DNA of 64,000 nucleotides from Pristiophorus japonicus (Eukaryota): NCBI RefSeq assembly GCF_044704955.1, contig NC_091999.1:10106001-10170000 (forward strand), in the 5' to 3' direction. The notes under the pieces were generated by a model that saw only the letters and a list, made by a program, of their open reading frames with translations, had not been told where the DNA came from and ran no database searches. The position numbers and the translations under genes were made by a program. Of this stretch, positions 51,705 through 64,000 are shown one piece after another; position 1 is the stretch's first letter, and the number at the start of each line of letters is the position of its first letter.

Positions 51705-52215
51705 TTCTTGCTACTGAGGGAGTGCAGCGAAGGTTCACCAGACTGATTCCCGGGATGGCAGGACTGACATATGAGAAGAGAGTGGATCGACTGGGCCTGT
51801 ATTCACTGGAGTTTAGAAGAATGAGAGGGGATCTCATGGAAAGAGATAATATTCTGACGGGACTGGACAGGTTAGAGACGGGAAAAATTTTCCCAATACT
51901 GGGGAAGTGCAGAACCAGGGGTCACAGTCCAAGGGTAACTGGTAAACCATTTAGGACCGAGGAGAAACTTATTCTGAGTGCTGTTAACCTGTAGAATTCT
52001 CTACCATAGAAATTTGTTGAGGCCTGTTCATTAGACATATTCAAGAGGGAATTAGATATGGCCCTTACGGCTAAAGTGATCAAGGGGTATGGAAAGAAAG
52101 CAGGAAAGTGGTACTGGAGTGAATGATCAGCCTTGATCTTATTGAATGTTGGTGCAGGCTCGAAAGACCGAATGGCCTGCCCCTGCACCTATTTTTTATG
52201 TTTCTATGTTTCCAT
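51705..52215 (+). mobile_element. CR1 LINE 3' fragment, inverted relative to the previous one
   Basis: QRRFTRLIPGM...RRMRGDL; tttctatg tail. Confidence 0.85.
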
Positions 52216-54000
52216 GTGTCTAATTTGTGGTGTATCTGAGCTGGGAGCGCTTTTGGTGATTTTATCTCGCATTTATAATAGAAATACATTGCGCAAAGGC
52301 ATCTGTGGTGTGCTTCATCTTTTCATGTGCTTTCTATGCTTGCTGGTCCATTCTCATCCGCTGTCCCGCTCTTTATCGATAATCATATGAATTTCTTTCT
52401 TCTTTAGTTTAATGATGTAAACCTTTGCTGCTGCTCAGCATATTAATTCAGAACCAATCCGACCGAGCTTCCCAAAGGTAAAAAGCAGACAGAGCATTCA
52501 ATAAACAGTGGCATAAAATTCGTCTCAGTTCAAGGAACTGAATATCAGGCGATGTGTACAGTGGGTGACCGATCTGATACTGCCAGTCTTGCAGCACCGC
52601 CGGAGATGAAATTCGAGGCCAGAATTTCTTGCATGATGTGCAGCAACATTTGAACAGATCTCAGAATATCCAACAGAAGGCGGCTGGTCGCAATATTTAT
52701 TTCTGGCTCAGTCCTTGGACAGTGCGTTAAATGCCATTTTTTGAACAGCGGTACTAATTTTGGAACTAATTAAAGGTTAATAGTTGAAAAGCACAATAGT
52801 CTGGATCGGTACAACGGCAACAAACATCCATCAAATCGAACGATGACGTTTGTTACTAACCAGTGGACAGGACAAGTGAGTGTACGTGTGTGGAAAATGG
52901 AGAAAATATTAAAACAGTCATGAAAGACACATCATGAGATTTGATTTCTGAAGGCATTAACTGTACTGATGGTGGTGATCGATGATAAAGGGGAAAAATG
53001 CAAACCAAAACCGCCCGCAGTTTGATATTTTGTCTGCACCACATTCTCTTGTAATATGAGTGAAAGCTATATGGACAGTATTTTAAGGCACTGTTGGTGT
53101 TGAACACTTGTTAAAGAGATCCCAACCTACACCTCACCCTGTGGACTCTGAACCCGGCTAACACTTCACGCTGGGGGCTGTCAACATGCTGTACATCACA
53201 CCCTGGGTGTCAGGACCCGCATCGCACCGCATTCTGGGATGGTTTAAACAGACCGACACATCACCCGAGGAGATCTGAAGCCGCACAAATCCTCTTTCGA
53301 TGTGGGTGGAACCAATCCCGCACCTCACCCTGGGTTCGGGACACTTTAAACTGATTTGCGATAATTAATGGAAACGCGCCGATGCACGCCTCATCATTCT
53401 CTCGCATTGTAATCCCAATCTGAAGATTATGGATCAGTAAATACAATGTTACAGGGAAAAATAAATCAACAGATAGAATTTAAACAGCTTTTTGAATTCA
53501 AATCGCTGTTAAAATTACAGTGAGAGTTTATTTTTTATGTCTGTTCCATTGTTTTTTTCGGTAACAGCAGAGGTCATCACCCTAATATTACAGAAATACG
53601 AATCATTCCGACAACAGACGGGGCCATTGTTAGTAAATAACTTCACTGTCCCGTGAGGGTGTCGGTAAAACTCACATAGTTCTAGACAAAGAATTGCCCA
53701 CGGATTGCAACAAACTCAATTAACAATCATCTGCTTTCTATTCAGAATAAACGGGCAAGGATTTGATTGCCAACCCCGGTCTCTAAATGTATAACATTTC
53801 CTCTATACTAACACTGAGTGTGGCCGAGCTCCTGGAGTTTCCGTTCACTGGCAGCCAGCTCACCACCTACTCGTCTCACAGCACCATTAGCAACACAGGG
53901 AAGTGACGTGAGAGCATCCTGAGACACGACAGCAGATCGTTGAGTTGGGGATTAGAGCGGCTGTCTTCAAATATCCGTCCCTCTTTTTACGGAGCGGACA

Positions 54001-54052
54001 ATGACAATGTGGATACTCAGCATCTGGGTTGTGTGGGGGACATTTCTTACAG
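54001..54052 (+). CDS. Leader exon (MTMWILSIWVVWGTFLT)
   Basis: ATG at 54001 or 54007; phase-1 donor G|GTAATT. Confidence 0.85.
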
Positions 54053-54165
54053 GTAATTGAGGACCTAACAAATATTATCTTTTCTCTCATTTCGCAAACA
54101 TGGTTTGAATCAGAATTGTAATCACGCCACAGTCTCATCTTTTCCTGTTTGAAAATGTTTTTCAG

Positions 54166-54474
54166 CTCTCAGTCAAGGAGACTCTCTCACTCAGCCGCTG
54201 CCCTCAGAAGTTGAGACCGAAGGAGAACCGGTGACTTTAAACTGTACCTATGATACTGCAATGAACAACTATTATTTATACTGGTACCGGCAACACCCAG
54301 GCGCACAACCCGAGTTTATATTGTATAAGTATGCTCATGGCGGTGAAGATAAAGCAGAATTTGCTGCAGCCCGTTTCTCTGTAATTCTCCAGACCGCGAA
54401 TAAATTCACCAGTTTAACCATCGCCGGGCTGCAGCTGACTGATGCTGCTGTGTATTACTGCGCTCTGTCTGACA
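54166..54474 (+). CDS. Intact TCR V-alpha/delta exon, paralogue of 36833-37139
   Basis: ALSQGDSLTQPLPSEVETEGEPVTLNCTYDTAMNNYYLYWYRQHP...LQLTDAAVYYCALSD. Confidence 0.93.
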
Positions 54475-54512
54475 CACAGTGATGAAAAGTAGTCTCACCC
54501 CGTACATAAACT
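54475..54512 (+). other. RSS (22-nt spacer)
   Basis: CACAGTG + 22 nt + ACATAAACT. Confidence 0.88.
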
Positions 54513-55254
54513 GCAATTGGATTGTAGGGCGGAGCTTCTGTCTGTTGGTGTTGTGTGGATTCGTGGCAGGTGCAGCCACAATATGCAACGCACTGTCACG
54601 TGCTCAAACACACACTGAAACGAAACAAAATTAACCTCGGATCAAACTGTCAGCCAACTGTTTCCAGAAGCTGCCGCGAAAACAAATTGCAGAATCCAAT
54701 CTGCTTGAGAGATCGAACAGAGAATGAATCTGCCAGTTAAACTGTCCTTGCTGTTTCTGATCCGCTGTTTTCCCTTATAGTCATGGAACGATATTCAGAT
54801 CAGGCTGCAACAAAGAGGCTGTTGACAGCGACAGGAACCTCCTGCTGGTCGCTCCGGTAATAGGATAGGAACCGAAAACAAGGCGAATCCAAATCAAAAA
54901 TATATCCTACCTTGCCCTTCACTAGAACCACGGTATTATATGGAAGGCGAAGGGTGAAGTTTTGATTACCGACATCAGGTAGTCTTCCCCGAGGAAGAGA
55001 AGGCTTCATTTTACCCCATTTGAATATTTAAAGGTGAGAATCCAAAACAAAATACATTCTAACGTATCGTTCCCTAAACACTTGTCCTGATCAAAATGAA
55101 ACTAATATCGCATCAGAATTGGATTTTACCCGTCCATCGGACAAACTGCATCCCTCATCTCATCTGCATCAAATACAATATATACTTCTTTCATCTCTGC
55201 CATCGATTACTTGAGTGCCAAAGGGAAAATGATCGTGATAGATTATATGTGTCA

Positions 55255-55563
55255 GTCAGGGCTAGTTTCTGGGAATCATTCCCAGGGTTTGTGCTCCCTG
55301 GTGCGCCTGCGTCAGATAACTAAGCCCTGCTGTACCTGCCCTGTGTGCGGTTTTATAGAAAGAGACAGAGACGAAAGAAAGACTTGCATTTACACAGCGC
55401 ACTGGACCACCGGACATCCCACAGCGCTTCACAGCCAACAAAGTACTTTTTGAATAGTTGTCACTGTTGCAATATAGTGACAGTGTGGAGGGAGATTTAC
55501 TCTGCCTTGTACTGTCGTGTATCAGGCTGTGATGCAGCATACCCGTGCTCTTTAATAGAACCT
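55255..55563 (+). pseudogene. Possible highly decayed V relic
   Basis: Cross-frame fragments RFYRK, DIPQRFTANK and YSALYCRV, followed by GGCTGTG + 22/23 nt + (A)ATAGAACC. Confidence 0.35.
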
Positions 55564-55849
55564 GGCCCGTGACAGACCATAATATTAGAGGGGACTGCGA
55601 AATCGCAGTGCAATCATTTCACCTGTAGGGCTTGATTTAATAAGGCACAGGTAAAGGTGACTTTGGTCTGGGTGGGCCACTGGGTGGTGCAGTAGCTACT
55701 TAACCGAACTTGGATTCAACCACAACCCAGAAAGGACGAGAAATAAAACAAAGTGTTCCACAGACGAACTTTTTCAAGGCTGACCGGAGTTGACTACAGC
55801 TGATCGATGACCATGACATAATCAGCTGGAATATGTGCATGGGAGAGCC

Positions 55850-58800
55850 TGTGTGATACTGGCAATCAGCTCAATGCATCAGCATTAACGTTTAACTGCC
55901 CAGGTTTGTAGATCAGATGATAGTCATAGGCTGAACATGTACAGCCCATCTCTGAATTCTGCATGATGCCACGGGGGGTATTGCTCATTCCACCCTGAAC
56001 AAGCCCAGTAATGGCTTGTTGTCGGTAGAAATCTCAAATTTCCTGTCATGCACATAATGGTGACATTGTTCACTCCAAATATTGCTAATTCTTCTTTGTC
56101 CAACCGTGAATAATTGCGCTCTGGCGATGGTAACGATCATAATGCATATGCGATTGGATGCTCTCTGCATATCCATTAGACATACGGTGGGGTAGTGCTG
56201 TCTCCATACTATATGGTTTAGCTTCACACGATAACACTCGCTCCTTCTCTTGATCGTAGTGTTCAACCACATTTACTGAGAGAAACAGTTGTTTAGATAA
56301 ACGGAAGGCTTCCTGGTGTACTGGACTCCATGACCAGCATATGTGTTTCTTCAACTGACCATGCAATGGAGCTAGAGCTGACAAAACCATGGAATAATAA
56401 TTGAGAAGACCCAAATTCGACTTCATCGCTGTGATATTACGGGGTCGTGATGCTTCCCTCAAAGCCTGCACTTTCTCCATCCTAGGATTCAGGCCTGCAG
56501 CATTGGTGTGCTGAATGAGGTGCACCATTTCTGGTGCGAAGAACCCACATTTCTCAACGGCGAAGTCTTGCCCTTTGTAGACAGTTATGTAACCTCTGGC
56601 GATTAACGATGTGCTCGGACTAGCTATGCCCTGTCACAAGGACATAATCAAGAAAAGCAACAGCTTATGACATATCGGCTAACATGCTTTCAATAATCCA
56701 TTGGAGCATTGTAGGTGGCGCTGAAATAACAAAAGGCAGTCGTGTGTTCTGAAATAACCCTCTGTGGGTATTAATTGTCACTAGTTCACGTGCATAAAGT
56801 CATGGCTGAGATTTGCTTCGTAAAGGTTTTGCCACCTGACATTGTGGCACTGTGTTCCTCCAGACGATGAAGGGGGTATGTGATAAGTCCTTACTATAAA
56901 GCATAAATGCACACGAGGCCCATGCTTGAAAGAAGGTCACTCTGTGACCAGTAATTTTTATTAGCCAGCACTCAAGTAATGAAGATGGGTGGAACTTCCC
57001 CTTTTATACCTGAAAGTCCAGGTTAGGAGTGTCTCCCACAAGTTCACCACCTAGTGGTCATTGTTCTCACGGTGCACAACTGAGGTCAGTTTATACATGG
57101 GTTACAATGATGGTTGTATTCATGAGATCACCTCCCCCCCCCGCAAAGTTTTATTGGGATCACATTTTGCGTCTCTCTGGTGATTTATGCTCCCCTGTAG
57201 AGCGCGCGAGTCGGGGCTCCAGTTGTTGGGCGCTGGCCTGTGTGTTTGCTGTTTGCGATGCCTCAGGCCTGTCCGGACTGCCCACAGTGACTGGGCTCTC
57301 CTCCACTTGGTTCCGGTGTTCGGTCACCTGTGGTGGAGTGAACTCTACATCGAGTTCTTCCTCTGTTTCTTCTATGGGGTAGCTGAACCTCCTTTTTGTT
57401 TGATGCACATGTTTGCGGCAGATTTATCCATTGGTTAGTTTAACTACCAGAATCATATTTCCCTCTTTGGCAATCACAGTGCCTGCGAGCCATTTGGGCC
57501 CTGCAGCGTAGTTGAGGACAAAGACAGGGTCATTGACATCAATACATCACGCCCTCGCATTCCTATCATGATAGTCATATTGTGACTGGTGCCTGCTCTC
57601 AACAATTTCTTTCATGGTGGGGTGTATACGGGATAACCTGGTTCTGAGCGTCCTTCTCATTAGCAGCTCTGTGGTTGGAACCCCTCTGAGCAACTGTGGT
57701 CGGGATCTATTGGCCAGCAAGAGGCGTGATAAGCGGCTATGTAGGGAACCCCCTTGGATTCTGAGCATCCCCTCTTTGATTATCTGCACTGCTCGTTCCA
57801 CCTGGCCGTTAGAGGCCGGCTTGAACGATGTCGTTCTGACATGGTTGATTCCATTGCCTGCCAGGAAGTTCTGGAATTCAGTGCTTGTGAAGCATGGGCC
57901 ATTGCCGCTGACCAAGACATGCGGTAGACCATGGGCGGCAGACATTTCCCATAGACTTTCTACCGTGGCAGAGGATGTGCTTGAAGTTAAAATGTCACAC
58001 TCGATCTATTTGGAGTAGGCGTCTACTACAAGCAAAAATATTTTTCCCATGAAAGGACCTGCGTAGTCCACATGGCTGTGTGACCATGGCTTGGCGGGCG
58101 AGGACCAGAGGCTAAAGGGGGCTTCACTGGGCGCATTGCCCAGCTGGGCACACGTGTTGCACCTGCGAACACAAAGTTCCAGGTCTGTATCTATCCCTGG
58201 CCAACAAACGTGTGACCTGGCAATTGCCTTCATCATGACAATACCCTGGTGGTCATTGTGACGTTCTCTGCTTAACACCACTCGGCCCATCTGGGGCATG
58301 ACTGCTCGGTTTCCCCATAGGAGGCAATCGGCTTGAATCACGCCTGTGAAATGGTTTAAATTCCTCAGGGCATGCCCCGTACGTGGCTGCCCAGTCCCCA
58401 TTCAGGACACATTTCTTGACTAAAGACTGTAGCGGGTCTCTACTTGTCCAGACTTTAATCTGACGGGCTGTCACGGGTGAGGCTTCCCTTTCGATACCAT
58501 CAAAAGCCATGACCATCTCTGCTGCATACTCGGTTGCCCCCTCAGTGGTGGCTAGTGGGACCCTGCTGAGTGCATTGGCGCAGTTTTCAGTGCCCGGTCT
58601 GTGCCGAATTTTGTAGTCATGGATGGCTAGCTTGAGTGCCCACCTCTGAATGCGGACCGATGCATTTGCATTTATGGCCTTATTGTTGTCCAAAAGGGAC
58701 GTTAAGGGTTTGCAATCTGTCTCTCGCTCAAATTTCCTGCAAACAGGTACTGTGCATTTTATTACTGCATATACACATGCAAGCACTTCCTTTATTACCA

Positions 58801-60620
58801 TTCTGTAGCCCCTTTCTGCATTCAACAGACTTCTGGAGTTATAAACTACCGGCTGTAACTGACCCTTGGCATTCACATGCTGCAACACACACCCAACCCC
58901 ATAGGACGACACACCACACGTTAAAACAAGTTTCTTACATGGGTCATATAGCGTTAAGATTGTTGGAGCATAACAAATTGCGTGCTCTATCAAAAGCCCT
59001 TTCCTGGCCATCCCCCCAGATCCATTCGCGACCTTTGCATAGAAGCCATGTAACGGCTCTAACAGCGTGCTCAATTTGGGAAGAAAGTTACCAAAATAGT
59101 TCAGGAGCTCCAGGAACGAACACAGCTCCGTCGTGTTACGGGGTCTGGTTGCTCTCTGGATCGCTTCCATTTTGGACGTAGTAGGTCTGATCCCGTCTGC
59201 TGCTACCCTCATCCCTAGGAATTCTACCACTGGAGCTAGGAAGATGCACTTCACCTTTTTCAGTCGCAGCCCTACCCGGTCCAGTCTTCTTAGCACCTCC
59301 TCAAGTTTGTGGAGGTGTTTTTCAGTATTGCCAACCCATGATGAGGATGTCGTCTTGAAAAACCACCGTCTTTGGAATCGACTTGAGGAGGCTTTCATTA
59401 TTTCGTTGAAAGATCGCGGCGGCCGAGCGAATCCTGAATGGACATCTGTTGTACTCAAACAACCCCTTGTGTGTCGTGATGGTGGTCAGCTTCTTCGACT
59501 CACTCGCCAGCTCCTGGGTCATGTAAGCTGAGGTCAGGTCCAATTTTGAATTAGGTTTGCTACCATATAGCGTCGCAATGTGGTCATCCGCTCTCAGTAG
59601 CGGGTACTGGTCTTGGAGTGACACCCGATTGATGGTGGCCTTGTAATCACCACATATCCTGTGCGACTCATCCACCTTGAGCACCGGCACAATTGGGCTC
59701 GCACAGTCACTAAATTCGACTGGTGAGATGATGTCTTCCCTCAGCAGACGGTCTAATTCGCCTTGTATCTTTTCCCGAATCATGGACAGCATCGCTCTGG
59801 CCTTGTGATGTACTGGCCTGGCGTCTGGGCTTCTGTGAATCACTACCTTGGCCCTCATGAAAGTCCCAATGCCGGGTTGTAATAATGAGTCAAATTTGTC
59901 CAGGACCTGTGTGCATGATACGTGCTCCACATAAGAAATTGCATTGGCGATCAACTTACTGAGATTTCCAAACATCTTGTCTGCCAGCTTCTCTGGCGCT
60001 AGAAGGTCCTTCATCAGGGCGTATATCCTGGACCCACAAACCGTCAGGAGATGAGCCCTGCGTTTGTTGGCCTAATCCTGTCCCAACCATTCCTTAGTGA
60101 CGAAACTTTGCTGTAGTCCCTCAATAAAATCATCCCAATCATCACCAACACAGTAGCTCTCATCTGTGCTGCTAGTGACCATGCTCGCGTGGTTTAAATC
60201 CCAGTTTCTGGTCGCCAACGATAAGTCCTTATTATACAGTATACATGCACACGAGGCCCATGCTTAAGAGAAGGTCACTCAGCGACCAGTAACCTTTATT
60301 AACTAGAACTCAAGTGATGAAGTTGGGTGGAGCTTCCCCTTTTACAACTGAAAGTCCAGGTTAGGAGTGTCCCCCACAAGTTCACCACCTAGTGGTGAAT
60401 GTTCTCACGGCGTACAACTTAGCTCAGCTTGTACATGGGTTACAATGATGGTTGAATACATGACAGTATGTATCCACAGCGCCTTTGTTTGTTGCATCAC
60501 ATCATTGAACTGAATACGGTGAAACAGTAGGCTGCCGGATTTTCCTGCAATGGAAAGGAAGTATTGTGGAAGTCAAATTCCTGTTGTGAAGATCTAGAAC
60601 ACAGCAGATCCATCAATTCA
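55850..60620 (-). mobile_element. Older Gypsy pol relic interrupted at 56876-60470
   Basis: RT/RNaseH-like ORFs (LGLLNYY, LSCEAKPY, KFEISTDNKPLLGLF); junction rejoins as ...VDTYPLHRLEE. Confidence 0.7.
56881..60465 (-). mobile_element. Gypsy/Ty3 LTR retrotransposon, internally deleted; LTRs 60219-60465 (5') and 56881-57127 (3')
   Basis: 247-bp LTRs; TSD GTATG at 56876-56880 and 60466-60470; PBS TGGCGACCAG; G-rich PPT; RT (RICGDY, VFQDDILI), RNaseH and integrase (HVDYAGPF, NGQVER) fragments. Confidence 0.92.
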
Positions 60621-61614
60621 CCAAATTGTCACACTATTTCTTGAAATAGCAAGATGATTATACAGATATTGACATGCAACTTTATTGAACGGCCACTGAC
60701 AATATAGGAAGGAGAGCAGATGCAATGATCAGTAGGAGGTGATGTCATTCAGCTGTTGAATTCGCTCAGGAACATTTTATTAATTAGTTCACTGGATGTG
60801 GGCGTCGCTGGCAAGGCTGGCATTTATTTTTCATCTCAAGTTGCCCTTTTACAAGTGACTCTCTTCCAGGGCCACTTCGCAAAGCAGTTAAGAGGCAGTC
60901 ACATTCGTGTGGGACTGGTGTCAACATCTCGTGACAACTGGGGACTGGCGATAATCGCCAGCGCCACATGCCGCCTGCGAATGAATTAACAAGCCACTTC
61001 TGCTTATCCAACTGCATTCGGTCTCTCTCTCATATATCCAATAATCTCAAGGCCTGTTAGCCATCCCCATTGGCATAATCAATACTGTGATTTGTCATTG
61101 AAGAATATTGCCTTGAGAGCTGGCAATGCAAAAACTGAATCATCATCCCAGCAAAGGATTGAGTATTGGAAATCAGCTCGACCTACGGAAGCCCGCAATG
61201 GCTGAGATTTTCAGAGAGCAGACATTACAAATTCACACTTTTGACTATCATCGTCTACTTATGATTGGTCCAGTGTTTAAAATATGATATAGTACAAAAC
61301 CACATTATACAACGTTTCATACTAACCCCACAATGAACTTCCAAACAGTGAGAGTCGAGGAACAGCCAAAACATATTAGGAATCGCTTCACTTCTGAATT
61401 GAACATATCCTGAAAATTGACGAATTTAATCATCACTGATCTCCAGCTGAGAGACATGCAGCTGCACCTCCATGGTTTCGCCCTACAGCTCCGGCACAGT
61501 CATATGTCCTTTTTCTCCTCTCGTACAAAAGCTGCCTGTGGTCTGTTATGGTGGAGGCTGAGTTTCGTGCGGTCACATTGAACTGCAGCACAGAATACAA
61601 ATCACGTGAGCTGA

Positions 61615-62285
61615 ATCATTGAATCATACAGCACGGTAAGATACTATTCGGCCACGGTCCCTTTGCAGCTATTTGGAAGAGCTCTCCGATTAATTCAATT
61701 TCCCGCTTTTTTGCCCCTAGCCCCGCAAATGTTAACATTACAGCGATATGTACAATTCCGTTTTGAAAGTTATTATTGAATCTGCTTCCACCATCCTTTC
61801 AGGCAGTGCACTGCCTAAACAGATTTATGCTGCGCTCTTCTCTGGTACTTTTGCCAATTATCCTAAAACAGAATCTTCCAGGTAACTGATCCTCCTGTCA
61901 GTGGAAACATTTTCTCTCTATCTACTCTTTCAAAAATCCTCGTAATTTTGAACAATTAAATTAAATTCCTCTCAACTTTCTCGGCTCTATCGAGAACAAA
62001 CCCAGTTGCACTAGTCCAGCCAGGTTACTGAAGTCTTTCATCCGTGGCACCTTTCCAACAAATCTCCTCCTCAACCTCTCTACTGCCTTATCATCCTTCA
62101 TAAAGTGTGGTGTACATCATTGGACGCAATTTTCCAGCTGAGGCTTTGTGGTGATTTAGAAAGCTCCAACATAACTTCGTGGATATTGTATGCTGAGCCT
62201 CTATTTATAAAGCCCAGAATGCCATATGTTGGTTTTCAACAGCCTCGTCACTTTCACAGATTTGTGGATGAAATATGCAGAGTTG
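61615..62285 (-). mobile_element. Old CR1 3' fragment
   Basis: Similar to 480-1200 (aatcatacagcac...; ctgcttccaccatcctttcaggcag). Confidence 0.6.
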
Positions 62286-62819
62286 ATCGCTAGTGGGCGG
62301 GTGGACAGTTGAATGAAAATTCTTCCCCGAGGGCAACTCTCTCGGCGGAGCTGGAGATTTTGGAGAAAAGGCAAAATAAATGATGAGCTCCGGAGAAGGT
62401 GCCTGACTGATAAGACTTAAGATGGTGGCACTGGGTTTTCTCTGCAAAATATATTGAGGAGCCTGCAGTTTTCCGCTCTGTCTTCATCGTGGTATAGGTA
62501 AAACAGCGGAAAACTCGTGCCGACAGATACACAGACTCAAGGAAATCGTCTTCTGTCTTGTTGCGTTAAAGAGAACATAAAGAGAAATGAATCTTCCATT
62601 TATTACAGCACCATCTCCTCCATTCCCACCCACCCCCCCGTGCCCCCCCCTCCAACCACTGCCACACTCCATACCAAAAATACAGAAGCGAAGTAAACCA
62701 TTTATAACTGTTTATTTTCTTTTCCCACATGGCTCAGTGATAAGCCCCACATTTTTTAATACAAAGTGTAAGCGGATATCAGAAATTTTTAACCCCATAA
62801 TGCTGTGGATACTGGGGAT

Positions 62820-64000
62820 CAATTGGAGCTTTCAAGAAAGAGGGATAGATTTCTGTCGGGTAAGGGTATCGAATGATATGGAGCACAGGAGGGCTGGAAA
62901 AAGAGGGGGAGTGCTATAGTGATAAGGGATTCTATTTTAAGGGGAATAGATAGACGTTTCTGTGGCCGTAACCGAGACTCCAGGACGGTATGTTGCCTCT
63001 CTGGTGCAAGGGTCAAGGATGTCTTGGAACGGGTGCAGGATATTTTGAAGAGGGAGAGTGAATAGCAAGTTGTCGTGGTGCATATAGGTACCAACGATAT
63101 AGGTAAAACACGGGATGTAGTCCTACAAGACGAATTTAGGGAGCTAGGAGCTAAATTTTAAGTAGGACCTCAAAAGTAGTGATCTCAGGATTACTACCAG
63201 TGCCACGTGCTAGTCAGAGTAGGAATTGCAGGATAGATCAGATGAATACGTGGCTTGAAGAGTGGTGCAGAAGCGAGGGATTCAAATTACTGGGGAAATG
63301 GAACCGGATCTGGAGGAGGTGGGACCAGTATAAACCGGACGGTCTTCACCTGGGCAGGACCAGAAACACTGTCCTAGGGGAAGTGTTTGCTCGTGCTGTT
63401 GGCGAGGGGTTAAACAAATATGGCAGGAGGATGGGAACCAATGCTGGGAGACAGAGGGAAGCAGAATGGGGGCAATAGCAAAAGAACGAAAGAAGAAAAG
63501 TAAAAGTGGAGGGCAGAGAAACCCAGGCAAAAAGCGAAAAGGGTCAAAATGCAACAAAATTCTAAAGGGGCAAAGTGTGTTAAAAATACAAGACTGAAGT
63601 CTCTGTGTCTCAATGCGAGGAGTATTCAGAATAAGGTGGATGAATTAACTGCGCAGATAGCAGTTAACGGATATGATGTAATTGGCATCAGGGTGACCAA
63701 GGCTGGGAACTCAACATCCATGGGTATTCAACATTTAGGAAGGATAGGCAGAAAGGAAAAGGAGGTGGGGTATTCAACATTTAGGAAGGATAGGCAGAAA
63801 GGAAAAGGAGGTGGGGTGGCGTTGCTGGTTAAAGAGGTAATTAATGCAATAGTAAAGAAGCACATTAGCTTGGATGATGTGGAATCGGTATGGGTGGAGC
63901 TACGGAATACTAATGGGCAGAAAACGCTAGTGGGAGTTGTGTACAGACCACCAAACAGTAGTAGTGAGCGTGGGGGTGGCATCAAACAAGAAATTGGGAA
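62820..64000 (+). mobile_element. CR1 LINE 5' region (ORF1 esterase-like, start of ORF2 APE), running off the window
   Basis: ISGLLPVPRAS...DGLHL; LKSLCLNARSI; GVVYRPP. Confidence 0.85.

Larger units (their letters stand above)
30111..55250 (+). repeat. Head-to-tail segmental duplication: copy 1 ~30111-47775, copy 2 ~47776-55250
   Basis: Colinear matches 30140/47805, 34540/49210, 35200/52610, 36674/54007, 37140/54475 and 47490/55030. Confidence 0.85.

Noticed and set aside
1-64000. TCR/Ig constant exons or TCR-type J segments (FGxGT with 12-RSS)
   Set aside because: None seen by eye, so the alpha versus delta assignment of the conventional Vs cannot be settled from this window

Overview
Eukaryotic, repeat-rich DNA from a cartilaginous fish (shark, inferred from the genes and the CR1/SINE content) T-cell receptor alpha/delta variable-region locus. 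The main feature is a complete minus-strand NAR-TCR cassette: leader (13998-13956), IgNAR-like V (13809-13522), 12/12-RSS D (13143-13131), 23-RSS J (12750-12696), an intron, and a leaderless supporting V-delta (8555-8280) with its own 23-RSS. NAR-TCR is a known shark double-V receptor, but this copy is unusual. Both V domains keep open frames, splice sites, RSSs and the putative inter-domain cysteines, yet both have lost the canonical second (C104) cysteine. The supporting V is also followed by a ~60-bp tandem array of decayed RSS copies. To the right lie conventional V-alpha/delta segments: one minus-strand pseudogene, three defective plus-strand segments, and two intact plus-strand paralogues (36674-37139, 54001-54474) from a tandem segmental duplication. 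There are also several faint V relics. The rest is CR1-type LINEs (some nested), an RTE LINE, SINEs, a decayed ERV, a Gypsy element nested in an older Gypsy, a solo LTR and minisatellites. Several CTCF-like and CRE/ETS motifs sit near the V segments. No constant-region exons were seen. All calls are by eye; transposon boundaries without a stated TSD are approximate.
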